A stretch of DNA of 64,000 bases. Source: Octopus sinensis. Lineage: Eukaryota. Of the stretch, positions 50,421 to 62,610 are shown one piece after another. The stretch covers positions 19,282,001 to 19,346,000 of the forward strand of contig NC_043002.1 of NCBI RefSeq assembly GCF_006345805.1. Direction: 5' to 3'. Every line of letters begins with the position of its first letter. Positions within the stretch are counted from its first letter, which is position 1. The translations under genes were made by a program, and so were the position numbers. The notes beneath the pieces are model-generated. The model was not told the origin of the DNA and did not search any database. It worked only from the letters and a program-made list of their open reading frames with translations.

Positions 50421-50495
50421 TTATTATTATTATCATTATTATTATTATTATATAGGGTGGTGAGCTAGCAGAAATATTAGCAGGGCAGGCAAAAT

Positions 50496-50830
50496 CATCA
50501 TCATCATCGTTTAACGTCCGTTTTCCATGCTATCATGGGTTGGACGGTTCGACTGGGGTCTGGGAAGCCAGGAAACTGCACCAGGCTCCAGTCTGATCTG
50601 GCAGGGTTTCTACAGCTGGATGCCCTTCCTAATGCCAACCACTCTGTGAGTGTAGTGGGTGCTTTTTATGTCCCACCGGCACAGGTGCCAGTGGAGGCTG
50701 GCAACGGCCATGATCAGTTGGTGCTTTTTACGTGCCACCGACACGGAAGCCAGTCAAGGAGGCGCTGGCATTGGCCACATTCGGATGGTGCTTTTTACGT
50801 GCCACCGGCACAGGTATCACAACTACAATT
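50496..50830 (-). mobile_element. RTE 3'-tail copy
   Basis: CATCATCGTTTAACGTCCGTTTTCCATGC plus three GGTGCTTTTTA modules. Confidence 0.88.
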
Positions 50831-50934
50831 TCCGTCCCACTTTTATATCCTGCCACAGGTTGGTATAGATAAATTTTGCAGCGGAGGTTTAATCAATGTG
50901 TTTACACAACGTACTTCGTGAGACTTCTAAGATG

Positions 50935-52448
50935 CTCTCTGATTTTTTATTAGGCACAATGGCCTGAACACAGAGGGAATGGTACAAGAGCCAACAGAAC
51001 AATACAAGTGGGGTCAAAAATATGAAATGAATGAATGAAAATAGATTTATATAATGAAGGGAGGTGTAATAGCTACTCTAACCTCACTCTTGAGTAGTAC
51101 CATTTCATTATATTTTTTCCTCATTTTTTTTATACCAACATTCATCAATTTAATTTATCTTAATATATGTAATATTGTTTCGATTGTTCAAATTCCATCA
51201 CAGGTGGTAGATAACCATATTTTACCTCGCTCCCTAGTGGGTTCACATCATCGCCAAAGCTTGCCTTCAATTTTTTTATAATTGTTTAAGTCTATTATTA
51301 TACACTCCATGCCTGGTATGCGTAAATCACCCTCCTCTATAATTTTTATTACCGTCTTCATTTTCGCAATTTTTTCCTCAAATTGCTGTGTTCGACCACT
51401 AGTGCATCAGATACTCCCTATGTTTACAACTGGCCTGTAATGCTTGTGTGTCTGCTTGTGTGTATTTAACTGGAGATGCTGGTCTGTCTGTGTGTGCTTG
51501 TGTATACTTGACTGGAGATGCTGGTCTGTCTGTGTGTGCTTGTGTATACTGAGTTCAAATTCCACTGAAGTAAAAAGGGAAAAAATGGTAGTTTATAGAT
51601 TCTAATCACTGAGAAGCAAGAAGATAGAAATGGCTAGTAAGGAAGCTATAGAAGAATGCTTGGAAGATATAAGAAGTGAAACTGAATTTTACTGCAGAGG
51701 AAGAAAGTTTGGTACAGTGGAGGTGCACTTCCTACTGTGGAGGAGGCAGTAAAGTACTCCATTGTAACGTTGAAAACAGAAGAAGGGGCACTCCTGCCAA
51801 CCTGCCTCAGTAAATGAGTGGCGAGAGTGAGGATTGGCAGGGTGTGCCACAAGACTAATGAGATGTGGCTGCTTGCAGCTATCTTAATAGAAACAAAGGA
51901 GGACCCAGAAGTGCTGCAAGTCAGCCGCACCAAACAAATCAACTGACAGGGACACGGCCTGGAAGTTATAATGCAGGCCACCCCACTGGGCCTACAAGAA
52001 ATTACCAAAGAGATAGAGCTACCAGATGAGGTGAAGTTGCGAGTGGTGGTGGATGGAAGACCTCCCATCTGCTACCACTGTAGAAAGAAGAGGCACGTAA
52101 GGGTGAATTGTCCCCTTCTTAACAGCCAGACACCAGGAGAGGAGATACAAGAAGAAAATAACAGAAATGAGGAATTAAAGGAAAACACAGAAGAAGCAAA
52201 TGTAGAAAGCAGAGATGAAGGATTCCAGGAAGTGCAAAAGAGGAAGGATTTTAAAAACTCTCCACCACCTCCGAAAAACTCGAAAAAGAAGGAAGTAAGT
52301 AACATACAAACACCCACACAGCACATTCCATTACAGCAAAAATACAAAAATATCCCAGATAACCCAAAATATCCAGTTAAGTATACACAAGCACACACAG
52401 ACAGACCAGAATCTCCAGTGAAATACACACAAGAATATACACAAGAAT
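50935..52448 (-). mobile_element. ORF1-only Tx1-like element with 5' inversion and candidate 7-bp TSD
   Basis: ORF1 5' part on + (51551-52448, CYHCRKKRHVRVNC); 3' part and UTR with AATAAA on - (51550-50935); TAAGATG at 50928-50934 and 52449-52455. Confidence 0.75.
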
Positions 52449-52611
52449 TAAGATGTCATAATATTTAATTACTATTATCATTACTATTATCATCATCACC
52501 ATCATTATTATTATTAATAATAATAATATTATTATTATAATCAATTATTAATACCATATTAATATGCATGTACATTTTAATCAGCATATTTATCATTATA
52601 CATTATCATGT

Positions 52612-52661
<50 letters not shown>

Positions 52662-53295
52662 TAATAATGATCCGTTCTGCTAAAGGCACAAGGCCTGAAG
52701 TTTTGTGGGAAAGAAAGCAGTCAGTTACATTGATCACAGTATGCAACTGGTACTTATTTTATCAACCCTGAAAGGATAAAAGTCAAAATTAACCACAGCA
52801 GAATTTGAACTCAGAATGTAAAGATAGACAAAATGCCACTCTGCATTTTGCCCAGCATGCCAACAATTCTGCCAGCTTGCTGTCTTAATAATGATTATAA
52901 TTATAATAATAATAATAATAATAATGATCTCAAATTTTGGCACAAGGCCAGCAGTTTCGTGGGAGAGGGTAAGTCAATTATATCAACCCAATGCTTGACT
53001 GGTACTTATTTTATCGACCCCATCTGTTTAAGTATGTGGAGACACATCCGTTCAGATAGGGCCCTTAGCACTCCATTCGATCGTATATTTAAGGAATAGT
53101 TTTTTTCACTAATATCCTCACTTGTTCAATTGCCATTCATGTAACAACGCATCTTGAATTAACAGTTAAGTTCCTAAGTTTTAATTTTATTTAAATGTGA
53201 CTCAGTCGATGTCTTTATAAACTTCCCCTTTCTCAATAAATATCCCATTTGCCAAAGCCACATGTCACTCTCCCCCTCTAATTTTATAATGTTTA

Positions 53296-53783
53296 CCGTA
53301 AATCCTCGAGTATAGTCCGCCCTTGAGTATAATACGCAGGGGATTTTTAGGGGGCTGTACCTCTGAAAAACTTAAACCTTGTGCATAATACGCACCCCTT
53401 CTCTAACTTGAGTCAAGGAGGTCTATATAATGTCCTTGATTTGTAAAAATGTATATGGTAACATTCTTTATCGTTATTGTATATATAACATAATGCAAAT
53501 GTGTAGCATTTCTGTGCATTTTGTTTGCAGAAAATAAAGAAATAACAGTAATAACATTTAATAAATCTTGCTTACTGCAAGTTATGGACGATTCTTTTAT
53601 GACTTCATTGCTTTCAGGCTTAGCTTAAGGTATTTTCGCACCCAACATCACAAAATGAGTCTCACAGCAAATAGAGACTCGGACATTGCTTAGAAAATAT
53701 TTTTCATTTTTAATCTCGTATATAGTACGCACTCAGGATTTTGACCTTTAAATTTTGGGGGAAAAAATGCGGATTATTTATGG
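53296..53783. mobile_element. Tc1/mariner (pogo/Tigger-like) MITE
   Basis: TA|CCGTAAATCCTCGAGTATA left end; degenerate right end ATTATTTATGG|TA. Confidence 0.65.
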
Positions 53784-53983
53784 TATGCAATAAATATGCT
53801 GATTAGAATGTATATGTGTATTAACATGGTATTAATAATCAGGAGACTAATATTCATTCGCACAGATCATGAACACAATGTCCATGTTTGTACACCCTTT
53901 ATGCCCACCTGCCCTCCCCTACCACTGCCATTTTAATTTAAATGTAAATGAACAGTTTCAACTGGCAATTCGTACACCCCTCC

Positions 53984-54315
53984 TGTGATGAGGGTAAGGG
54001 TACATATTTTGCTTACTTCCCTCTTTCTACTATATGCCTGCATGCAGGCATCCATATGAGTGCCATACACACCTAAGGTTACCGCATATATGAATATTTA
54101 GACATATTAGTACCTAAACAGTCCAGTGTAGTCTCCCTATCCTCTCTTCCTGGTCAGCCTACACGCACTCTTCTTATATCCTCCTCATCACTTCCTTGCT
54201 GGCTCTTGCTCTGGATATTGTATGGGAATGAGAAAGTTTGTAAAACACTGTAATTCATTGAATAAATTATGTACTGAAGTCTTTGTGCAGATCCTCTTCT
54301 TTCCAGATGATAACA
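53984..54315 (+). mobile_element. Possible solo LTR
   Basis: TGTGAT...ATAACA termini and an internal AATAAA; no TSD seen. Confidence 0.35.
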
Positions 54316-55012
54316 AAAGTGTCACGACTGTCTTCACACTGTCACTCCCATATACACAGTATTAGGTCCCTTACCATCAATGGGGGCACAATAAAAGGAG
54401 GTAGTAGGGAGATTATTGAAATGTTGGAGTGATGCCAAATACAAAAAAAAAAGAGGGGATGGGCAATATTATATCAAATATGGAAGAATGTATTAAGATT
54501 TTAAAAGCATTTGCATTCACTCATACATGCATGTATGTGTGTATATTTGCATGGAAAATTATGACAAAACATTAATTTAAAAAAGATATAATTGAAAAGA
54601 AATGAACATGAAAGATTACTTCATAGGTTGAGCAAGGGCAAGCCATGAAACTGTTTGTTTAAATATTTCTTGAGTTGTCTCAGTGTGCAACTAAATCAAC
54701 CAGTAAGCATTTTTGATATATTTGGGATTATGTCCTAAGTTGCTTGTAGTGACTTTATTTTAATTTTACTAAGAATCTATCTTTTACATGTTGTTCATAT
54801 TTTGAACTTATCACTTTGTGTATCATTCTAACTTCTTTGGAATGTCTGTAGTACCACAGATGAGAAACTATATCTAATATAATTTTTTTGTTCAGTTTTT
54901 TGAAGGGTGAAGCTTGGTTACTCTCTAAATGAAGTACCAGTTGAACATTGAGGTCAATATGATCGACTTACCCCTCCCCACAAATTTCAGGCCTTGTGCC
55001 TATAGTAGAATG

Positions 55013-55013
55013 G

Positions 55014-55068
<55 letters not shown>

Positions 55069-55070
55069 TT

Positions 55071-55109
<39 letters not shown>

Positions 55110-55131
55110 ATTATTATTATTATTATTACTA

Positions 55132-55171
<40 letters not shown>

Positions 55172-55190
55172 TATTATTATTATTTGTTGC
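55013..55190. repeat. Compound (ATT)n/(GTT)n microsatellite extending a SINE tail
   Basis: Directly visible. Confidence 0.97.
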
Positions 55191-56491
55191 TACTGCAATG
55201 TTCAACCTCATAGAAATCATTTTTGACATGAAAGTGTAATGTGCTTAAAAACATTTTCTAAAGATTTTAAAACAAATGATCATAGGTCATTTTTGCAAGT
55301 TCTCTACAGAAAAATTAATTTAATAATGCTTGAATGAATCATGTCTCAAAAAGAGAGGGAAAGAAGATTTTCACACAAGGCAAGCCAAAAACAACAGCAG
55401 CAATAAATATTTCTACTATTAGGCACATGCCTTAAATTTTGGGCAAGGGGTATAGATAATTAACAAAGACCACAATGGTTGATTGGCATTTATTTCCTTG
55501 ACCTTGAAAGGATGAAAGACAAAATAGACCTCAACAGAATTTAAGCATGTAAATGATTCTGCCAGCTCACCACCTTAACAACATCAATAATAATTTCTAA
55601 TTTAGATACAAGGCCAACAGTTCTGAGGAGTTGAAGTAAATTGATGCTAACCACACCAGTACAATATTTTATCTAGCACTGGAAGGGTATGATAAAATAA
55701 AGGATTTGGCAGGGAAAAAAAAATAGGCCTTGTCAATTCAGAATGATGTGGAGCTAAACAAGATAAAATATAGAAAACAAAATTCAACACATCCATTAAC
55801 TACAATCTCCAAAATACAAAATTATTAATCTCTGCACATTTAAGAACAGGATATGTTCCATAAATTGAGTATATCAAACATATTAACAGACAAACACAAA
55901 AATGGTGATGACGATGACAATGATGATGATGACTGCAACAAGAGCAACAATTTGGAGGGGGGGGTTTCCAGTATTTTTTAATGCAGATTTAATATGTAAT
56001 TCAGAAACTGTAGGATCCAAACAGTTTGGAGTTTAAAAGAGGACTCAGATACACAGTTATGGGTTAATAGAAAGTATAAAACAACAGGAACTAAAATAAA
56101 CATGCAATAGAGAAACTGTTGAAGTGTTCAAATAGACCTTTCTGATACTAACCTACCTTAGACCGACACTGGATCAAGGATATAAACAGCATATTTTAAA
56201 AGGCTTATCATCATCATCATCATTATCATCATTTAACACCTGCTTTCCATGCTGGCATGGGTTGAAATCAAAACTTTCCAATTTTATGAAAGAAAATATA
56301 ATTCTCCAAACATTAGAACAGAATAAAATGGAAAAGTTGGTTATTTCATTAAATACCTCAAGCTTTGAGCTCGTATTTTCGATATTACAAAAAAATTTTT
56401 TAAATGCATTTTGTTGGAAATGGTCAGCAAAGAAAATACTTCTGGTATGTGAAAGAATTCCTCTCTCCTGAAGTGTGGTCTAAACCAAATC

Positions 56492-57400
56492 CTAAAATTT
56501 CTTATCCATTTCAAAGTCACTTTTATCCCTACTAAATATATTTACAAAACTTTTCCAGAAAATTTTGTTACAGAATCCATACACTATGGAATTTAAGGAT
56601 GAACTTAATATCCAAGTACGATATAAAATTACTTTAAAAATTTGTAACAGGATAGAATCTCTGCAATATGGATACAAGGCACGAAAGAGAAGGTTTGGTG
56701 TGAAACTAACAAAGTATAAAACTGAGATGGAGAAAAGTATAATGCTTATATGATTGATTTGTTCTTGTTGAAAAGGTTTTTTACTTTGCTTTTTCATCAA
56801 ATGCTGTTTAATATTCTTCTGAACAAATGAATAGAGCACAGTCATGCTTAGCACAAAAATACATTGAATAATAAATGCTGTAAGAATATATGGCCAGAGG
56901 AATGACCCTTGAAAGCCACAGATATACCTCTCTTCATGGGAAAAGGGAACACTTTCAATATAGACAAGAGGTAGCAGTACCAATGAAACAGATGTTACAA
57001 TTAAGAAAATAATAATAGTATTGAGTAGTTTGGGATCCAGTTGTTTACTGAGTGGACAACATATACTTCTGTACCTTTCAATGGCAATTGTGAGAAGAAT
57101 GAAGGATGACAAGATAGAATAGGTGACAGTAATAAAAGTGTATAATTTACACAAATATTTTGAATGAATTGCGAGGGAGAGTTCAGCCATTTCCAGAGGC
57201 ATTCCAAAGATACATCCAATGAGATCAATAACAGCTAATACAAGGATGAATGTTTCTACATTGCTTTTCTGGGACTGTCGTGCATAAATATATACCACAA
57301 ATATGTTACCAACGAGTCCCACAATTAGGAAGAAAGGTATGATACTAAAAACAACTAATCTTGAATTCAAAATAGGATCAGACAAATGGGTTGCATTCAT
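56492..57400 (-). CDS. Single-exon orphan class A GPCR, paralog 4, 302 aa (NPxxY degenerate)
   Basis: GN, LAVID, IERY, SFTP; TM7 SSSLNSIVY; ECL2 is 5 aa shorter. Confidence 0.93.
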   Translation of the reverse strand: MNATHLSDPILNSRLVVFSIIPFFLIVGLVGNIFVVYIYARQSQKSNVETFILVLAVIDLIGCIFGMPLEMAELSLAIHSKYLCKLYTFITVTYSILSSFILLTIAIERYRSICCPLSKQLDPKLLNTIIIFLIVTSVSLVLLPLVYIESVPFSHEERYICGFQGSFLWPYILTAFIIQCIFVLSMTVLYSFVQKNIKQHLMKKQSKKPFQQEQINHISIILFSISVLYFVSFTPNLLFRALYPYCRDSILLQIFKVILYRTWILSSSLNSIVYGFCNKIFWKSFVNIFSRDKSDFEMDKKF

Positions 57401-57457
57401 ATTGAAACACGTGTATAGTTTCTTGTTTAGTAAATATAAAGTATATATGTTGATTGT

Positions 57458-57491
<34 letters not shown>

Positions 57492-58369
57492 TTTCTGTTT
57501 GTATATATATATGCTTTCAGTGTGACTGGGCTATTTGTATATGTATATATATATAGACTGGTGTTGCAAAGATTTCAGTGATGTACTTGTAGGTAAGCAA
57601 ACTGATTAGTGCATTAACATCATTTGTAATCCAAAGTTGTATACTGGAGATGATATTCTTTTTGTTCTGTTGTTGCAGTTGAGTTCTTACACAAATATAA
57701 TTACAAAGTGAAGTAAACATCCGTAAAGAACTATCAGAATACTATGCAATAGCTTATGCGGAGGTCTGCTTATATATGCTTACAGATTAAATAGACATCT
57801 TGCTTTGTTTAACTTAACAGATTCAACTTAGAATCTAGTATCACAATATTAGACAAATTTAGAAAATTTGTCGGAAGTATGATACAAACACTATGGTACT
57901 TCACTATTCGGTATAAGTGGTATCCGTAATTGCACAGTGGACTACAATGACTATCTCATCAGTGAGTCATGACTCTTGGCAATGGGGGAACAGTGTCGTG
58001 AAAAGTGGCCAACATTTAGGGAAAATCATCTACTTTAGATAGGTTGCTCAACAGGCTTGCATACATCTTATGCCACAGTTGTTAGATAATCTTTTGGCAG
58101 GTGTATACAAAAAACAATAAAATAGAATGGGAGAGACCCAACACTGTGTGAGCTTAGGAGCAGTATTGTTGCTGAGAAAAAACTGAAACAAGAGGGAACA
58201 CATCGATAATTTTCAGCACATAACTTTTACTCAAAGTAGATTTCAAGATTTTTGGCCAAGATATTAGCAAAGAGTTTGACACTGTCCTCAATAATGTGAC
58301 TGGTGGTGTGCAAACATGAAGAATCCTGAACAAATCTATACATTACAACTGCCACGTCATACAGTACAT

Positions 58370-58935
58370 CATAGAGAGCAGAGTAATGAGCCTGACAGAT
58401 GTACCCTCCCTTCTGTATACATTGAATCTTTAGCCACCACTATGGAAACTAGAGTCATTGAGGTGCATCCCACACAAACTAGGATGCAGAAGACCTGTAC
58501 TCAGAAAGAACAAAAACAAGAGAGACCTCTACAGGTCAATAGGAAGGATTCAAAAGTCTCGCCCATCGATATTTGGCAGTAGTCCTCACAACAGCTGGTT
58601 TCAGTGAATTCTTCAGGGTCTGGATTGGTACTGTGTATAGCAACATTTGCTTAGTGGCAAGGGTGAATGGCCACCTCTCACAGCCATTCAGTATTCTGGC
58701 ACACAATCCTTCTAAAGTGTGCCACATCATCTCCCCTCTGTGCACTGATTCTTTTGCTACTGTTTTGGTAATTAGATACAATGAGGTGTATCCCACATGA
58801 ACTAGGATGATGAAGATCTGTACTTGCACACACAGATGACCTCACCATAATACTGTTAGACAGCAAGCACATCAAGGTGATCAGCAATGCTCTAAGAGAG
58901 TGCAAGGTGGTAATGGGAATAGAAAAATCTATCTG
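58370..58935 (+). mobile_element. Two overlapping decayed Tx1-type RT fragments
   Basis: LAVVLTTAGFSEFFRVWIG..RVNGHLSQPFSI and HTDDLTII; the LRCIPH(K/E)LG block is duplicated at ~58460 and ~58780. Confidence 0.65.
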
Positions 58936-59429
58936 AGAAAGTAAAAGGGCCTGCAACTTGCCAACTAGAGAGGCAGGTCTATACTGGAGGGGTGAGTGCA
59001 CCGCTGGTGAGGGAAGATGTGTTAGTGTGTTACTGTGTGTTAAGAGAAACAAAACAAACAACAAAAATATCAGAGAGAGATAGAGAGGTAACACAACAGA
59101 ATTACCACTAAGAGAGGGCAAGCAAGTGAGAGGGAGAGAGTTGCAATATATAGAAGTTATAACATTTCAAAAAAAAAAGAAAGAAAAAAAGACCGTCCTT
59201 ACAGAGAAAACAAAAAAAAAAAGGAATTAAATCTACATTAAGAATACATAGTTGGTTTCATATATACTGCCATTAATCAAGCCTTAAGCCAGCTGATTTG
59301 AGTCAGCTTGGGAATTCAAAAGTAGCAAAAATATATCACTGAAGAGGGAGATGAATTTTCAGTTAGTGTTGAAGACAATGTACTTTTGAGTTGTTGTTGT
59401 TGTTGTAGTTATTATTATGATAATAATAA

Positions 59430-59790
59430 CAAGAGCACTCAGAGAGCACAAACCTCTGCCAAGGCAACACCAACATCCTCTCAACGATTAGCTGGAGATG
59501 ATTTTAAAATGAGAATATCTGAAATAAACTCAACTGCTTTCACAAATGAGAATACTAAAAATGAACCCAACTGCTCTCAAAAATTAAGTAAAAAAACAAA
59601 GGGAAAAATAATCCAGAATCCTTATCTGATACCGGATCGATCCCAGAATCTAATCAGTTCATGTCAGTCACGAGGCCAAACATCCCTGAAAGTTTCACCT
59701 GAATCCATCCAGCAGTTCTTGAGATATCTTGTCCACAGACAAACACACAAACATGACTGAAAACAATACCTCCGCATTCGCTAAGGCAAA
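59430..59790. mobile_element. Non-autonomous Helitron/Helentron-like repeat (partial second head at ~60195-60300)
   Basis: AGAGCACTCAGAGAGC(A)CAAACCTC head duplicated; ends AAAACAATACCTCCGCATTCGCTAAGGC; class assignment is an inference. Confidence 0.4.
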
Positions 59791-59854
59791 TAATAATAAT
59801 AATGAAATAATATCATATTATATTATTTTAATAAAATAATATAAAGGAAGAAGA

Positions 59855-60165
59855 CAAAAAATATAGAAAATACAATCCCTTAAAATTTGAAATAGGAAGA
59901 ATTAGGAGCATGCGAACAGTAATGGCTATGCCGATAATAATTGGTGCATTGGGAACAGTAAGCCAAGCTTTAGACAAATGGCTAAAAGAGATTGAAATAG
60001 AATGCTTGGTAGAGCTCCTACAGAAAGTTTACCTCTTAGCAACAGCAAGGATTATTAGGAGAATTCTAAGCACTTGAAAGACTGCCAAAAACATGTAGAT
60101 AATAAGGTTACAGATAGTAACCTGCTACCCACGTAAATCCTACCAGGAATAAGACCAAACCGGAG
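59855..60165 (+). mobile_element. R4/Dong-like RLE non-LTR 3' fragment between (TAA)-rich tracts
   Basis: PIIIGALGTVSQALDKWLKEI..LLATARIIRRIL*. Confidence 0.75.
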
Positions 60166-60401
60166 CTTTGTTTCTATAACAATAATAACAACAATGATAA
60201 TAATAAGAGCACTCAGAGAGCACAAACCTCCGCCAACGCAACACCAACATCCTCTCAACGATTAACCGGAGATGATTGTTAAAATGAGAACATCTGAAAT
60301 AAAATCCGTCAATGAATATCATGAGAAACTTTGGTTTTCTCTTCTTTTAAATTCCGGTTTTCCTTTAGTAAGCCTGTTGTTTTAGATTGATGTATAGAAT
60401 C

Positions 60402-61140
60402 ATCATCATCATCATAATTGTTTAATGTCTGATTTCCATGCTGGCATGGGTTGGACAGTTTGACTGAGGTATGGCAAGCCAGACAGCTGCACCAGGTTCC
60501 AATCTATCTGGCAAAGTTTCTATAGCTGGATACCCTTCCAAATGCCAACCACTTCGAGAGTGTGGTGGGTGCTTTTTACGTGCCACCAACACGAGGGCCA
60601 GTTGGGTGGTACTAGCAGTGACCATGCTCAAATGGTGCTTTTTACATGCCACCAGCATGGGAGCCAATCAGGTGGCACTGGCAACAGTCACACTTGAATG
60701 GTGTTTTTTACATACCACTGGCACAGCAGCCAGTCAGGCAGCACTGGCAACAATCACGCTCGAATGGTGCTTTTTACATGTCACTGGCATGGGTGCCAAT
60801 CAGGCGGTACTATCATTGGCCATGACAACGATTTCACTTGCCTCAACAGGTCTTCACAAGCACAGTTTATTGTCCGATGATTGAAGGGTACTCTTAAATG
60901 GGCTAGTTATACAGCATTGGCATAGGCCACAAGGTTATGGTCTAACTTGGCTTGCCGGGTCTTCTCAAGCACAAAATATCTCCAAAGGTCTTAGTCACTT
61001 GTCATTGCCTCGGTGAGGCCCAATGTTCAAAGGTCGTGCTTCACCACCTCATCCCAGGTCTTCCTAGATTTACCTCTTCCACAGGTTCCCTCTACTGCTA
61101 GGGTGTGACACTTTTTCACACAGCTGTCCTCATCCATTCA
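60402..61140 (-). mobile_element. RTE 3' fragment
   Basis: (CAT)n tail, four 3' UTR modules, GRGKSRKTWDEVVKHDL. Confidence 0.88.
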
Positions 61141-61426
61141 TCTGGCCATGGGGAAATATTACCTTGCTTGGAAAAAAGGTAAGAGTTGGTAAGGGGAAGG
61201 TAATCTAGCTACAGAAAATCTGTCTCAATAAGACCCATGAAAGCATGGTAAAATAGACATTGAAACAATCATGATGACAATAATGAAAAGAAAAATTTTA
61301 ATATCGTAAATAGATTTGTATAGAATTTCCATTTTCCTTTTTTTTTTTATCCTAGTATTTTGGTTAATAGTGAACAAAATGTTATCAAAATGTAAGGAAG
61401 CAAAATAATTTTTAAAGGTAACATAC

Positions 61427-61548
61427 ATTAAGGTGTCAACATCATCACCAAGTTTAGGGGACGTACAACCAAGTATTTCACCAGGCGACAGCGGCTTCAC
61501 TTGCGGAATGACGACATTGAATGTGTTCCTGAGCTCTTTAGCAACACC
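61427..61548 (-). CDS. DPH1: Internal coding exon (122 bp) of diphthamide biosynthesis protein 1
   Basis: [33 protein letters not shown] matches the DPH1 signature [14 protein letters not shown]; acceptor TTCCAG| and donor |GTATGT. Confidence 0.9.
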
Positions 61549-62279
61549 CTGGAACAATCAAAAGAATATGACAGATAGAGAATAAATTACTTAAAGACAT
61601 CATCTGCATGAAAAACAATAGATAATAGTGGCATTAAATAAACTATCACATGTTTATAACAAGCTGTAACAAAAGTTTGCTATGAATTTTGGAAGCAAAA
61701 AATAAAATTTTGATTTATTGCATTAATATAAGGCTACAGTGTTTTAGGAGAGGAGTAAAGTCAATTGAATTGATCCCTATATAGAACTGGTATTTATTTC
61801 ATCAACTACTGTGAGATAAAAGTAAAGCAATATTTGCATTCATTGCACAGAATCACCGTATGTTCTACCATTCTACTACTCCATTGCTAAAGGATAAAAA
61901 ATGTCCAATCTCTAATGGTATGTACAAGTGAGACATATTCTCCAATCTGTTCAGGAAGGTAGTAACCCAGAAATAAGAACTAATTCAGACCATGAGAACC
62001 CATCCAAGTATAGAAAAGATGTAAAAAGAACATAATGATGATGATATTTTAAACTCTAACACATCATGCTGTGTTGGTGGCTTTCAGAAATGGAAAGAAA
62101 ATAGATGCCCTTCAGAAGTGGATCTTTTGGGTAGAATAAGCTGGACAGACAGCATAACAAATGCTACAGTACTAGAAAAACTGGAAGTCTAAAAATATTT
62201 ATTAACAAGATATGTGCTGCATTGATTGCTATACTCAAGAAGACCCACCAAACACAACAGAATTGAGATCCTAAAATCA

Positions 62280-62610
62280 CGGTGAGATATAAAAAGCATC
62301 GGTGCTGGTGCCATGTAAATAACACTGGTGATGGTGCCACATGAAAAGCATCCGGTACATTCTGTAAAGTGGTTGGCATTAGGAAGAGCATCAAGCTGCA
62401 GAAACCATGCCAAAGCAGACAGTGGAATCTGGTGTAGCCCTCTGGCTTGCCTAGCTCTTGTCAACCCATGCCAAACTATCCAACCCATGCCAGCATGGAA
62501 GATGGACATTAAATGATGATGACTATGAAACCTGGTGCAGTCCCTGGCATTTCAAGCCCTGTCAAACCCATCCAACCCATGCCAGCATGGTAAATAGAGG
62601 TTAAATGATG
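62280..62610 (+). mobile_element. RTE 3'-tail copies (one longer, one short tandem)
   Basis: TTAGGAAGAGCATC...CAACCCATGCCAGCATGG..TTAAATGATGAT, with the end present twice. Confidence 0.8.

Noticed and set aside
54929-55229. Poly-Y, poly-N and poly-I ORFs (also 52568-52943)
   Set aside because: Translations of (ATT)n/(GTT)n microsatellites.
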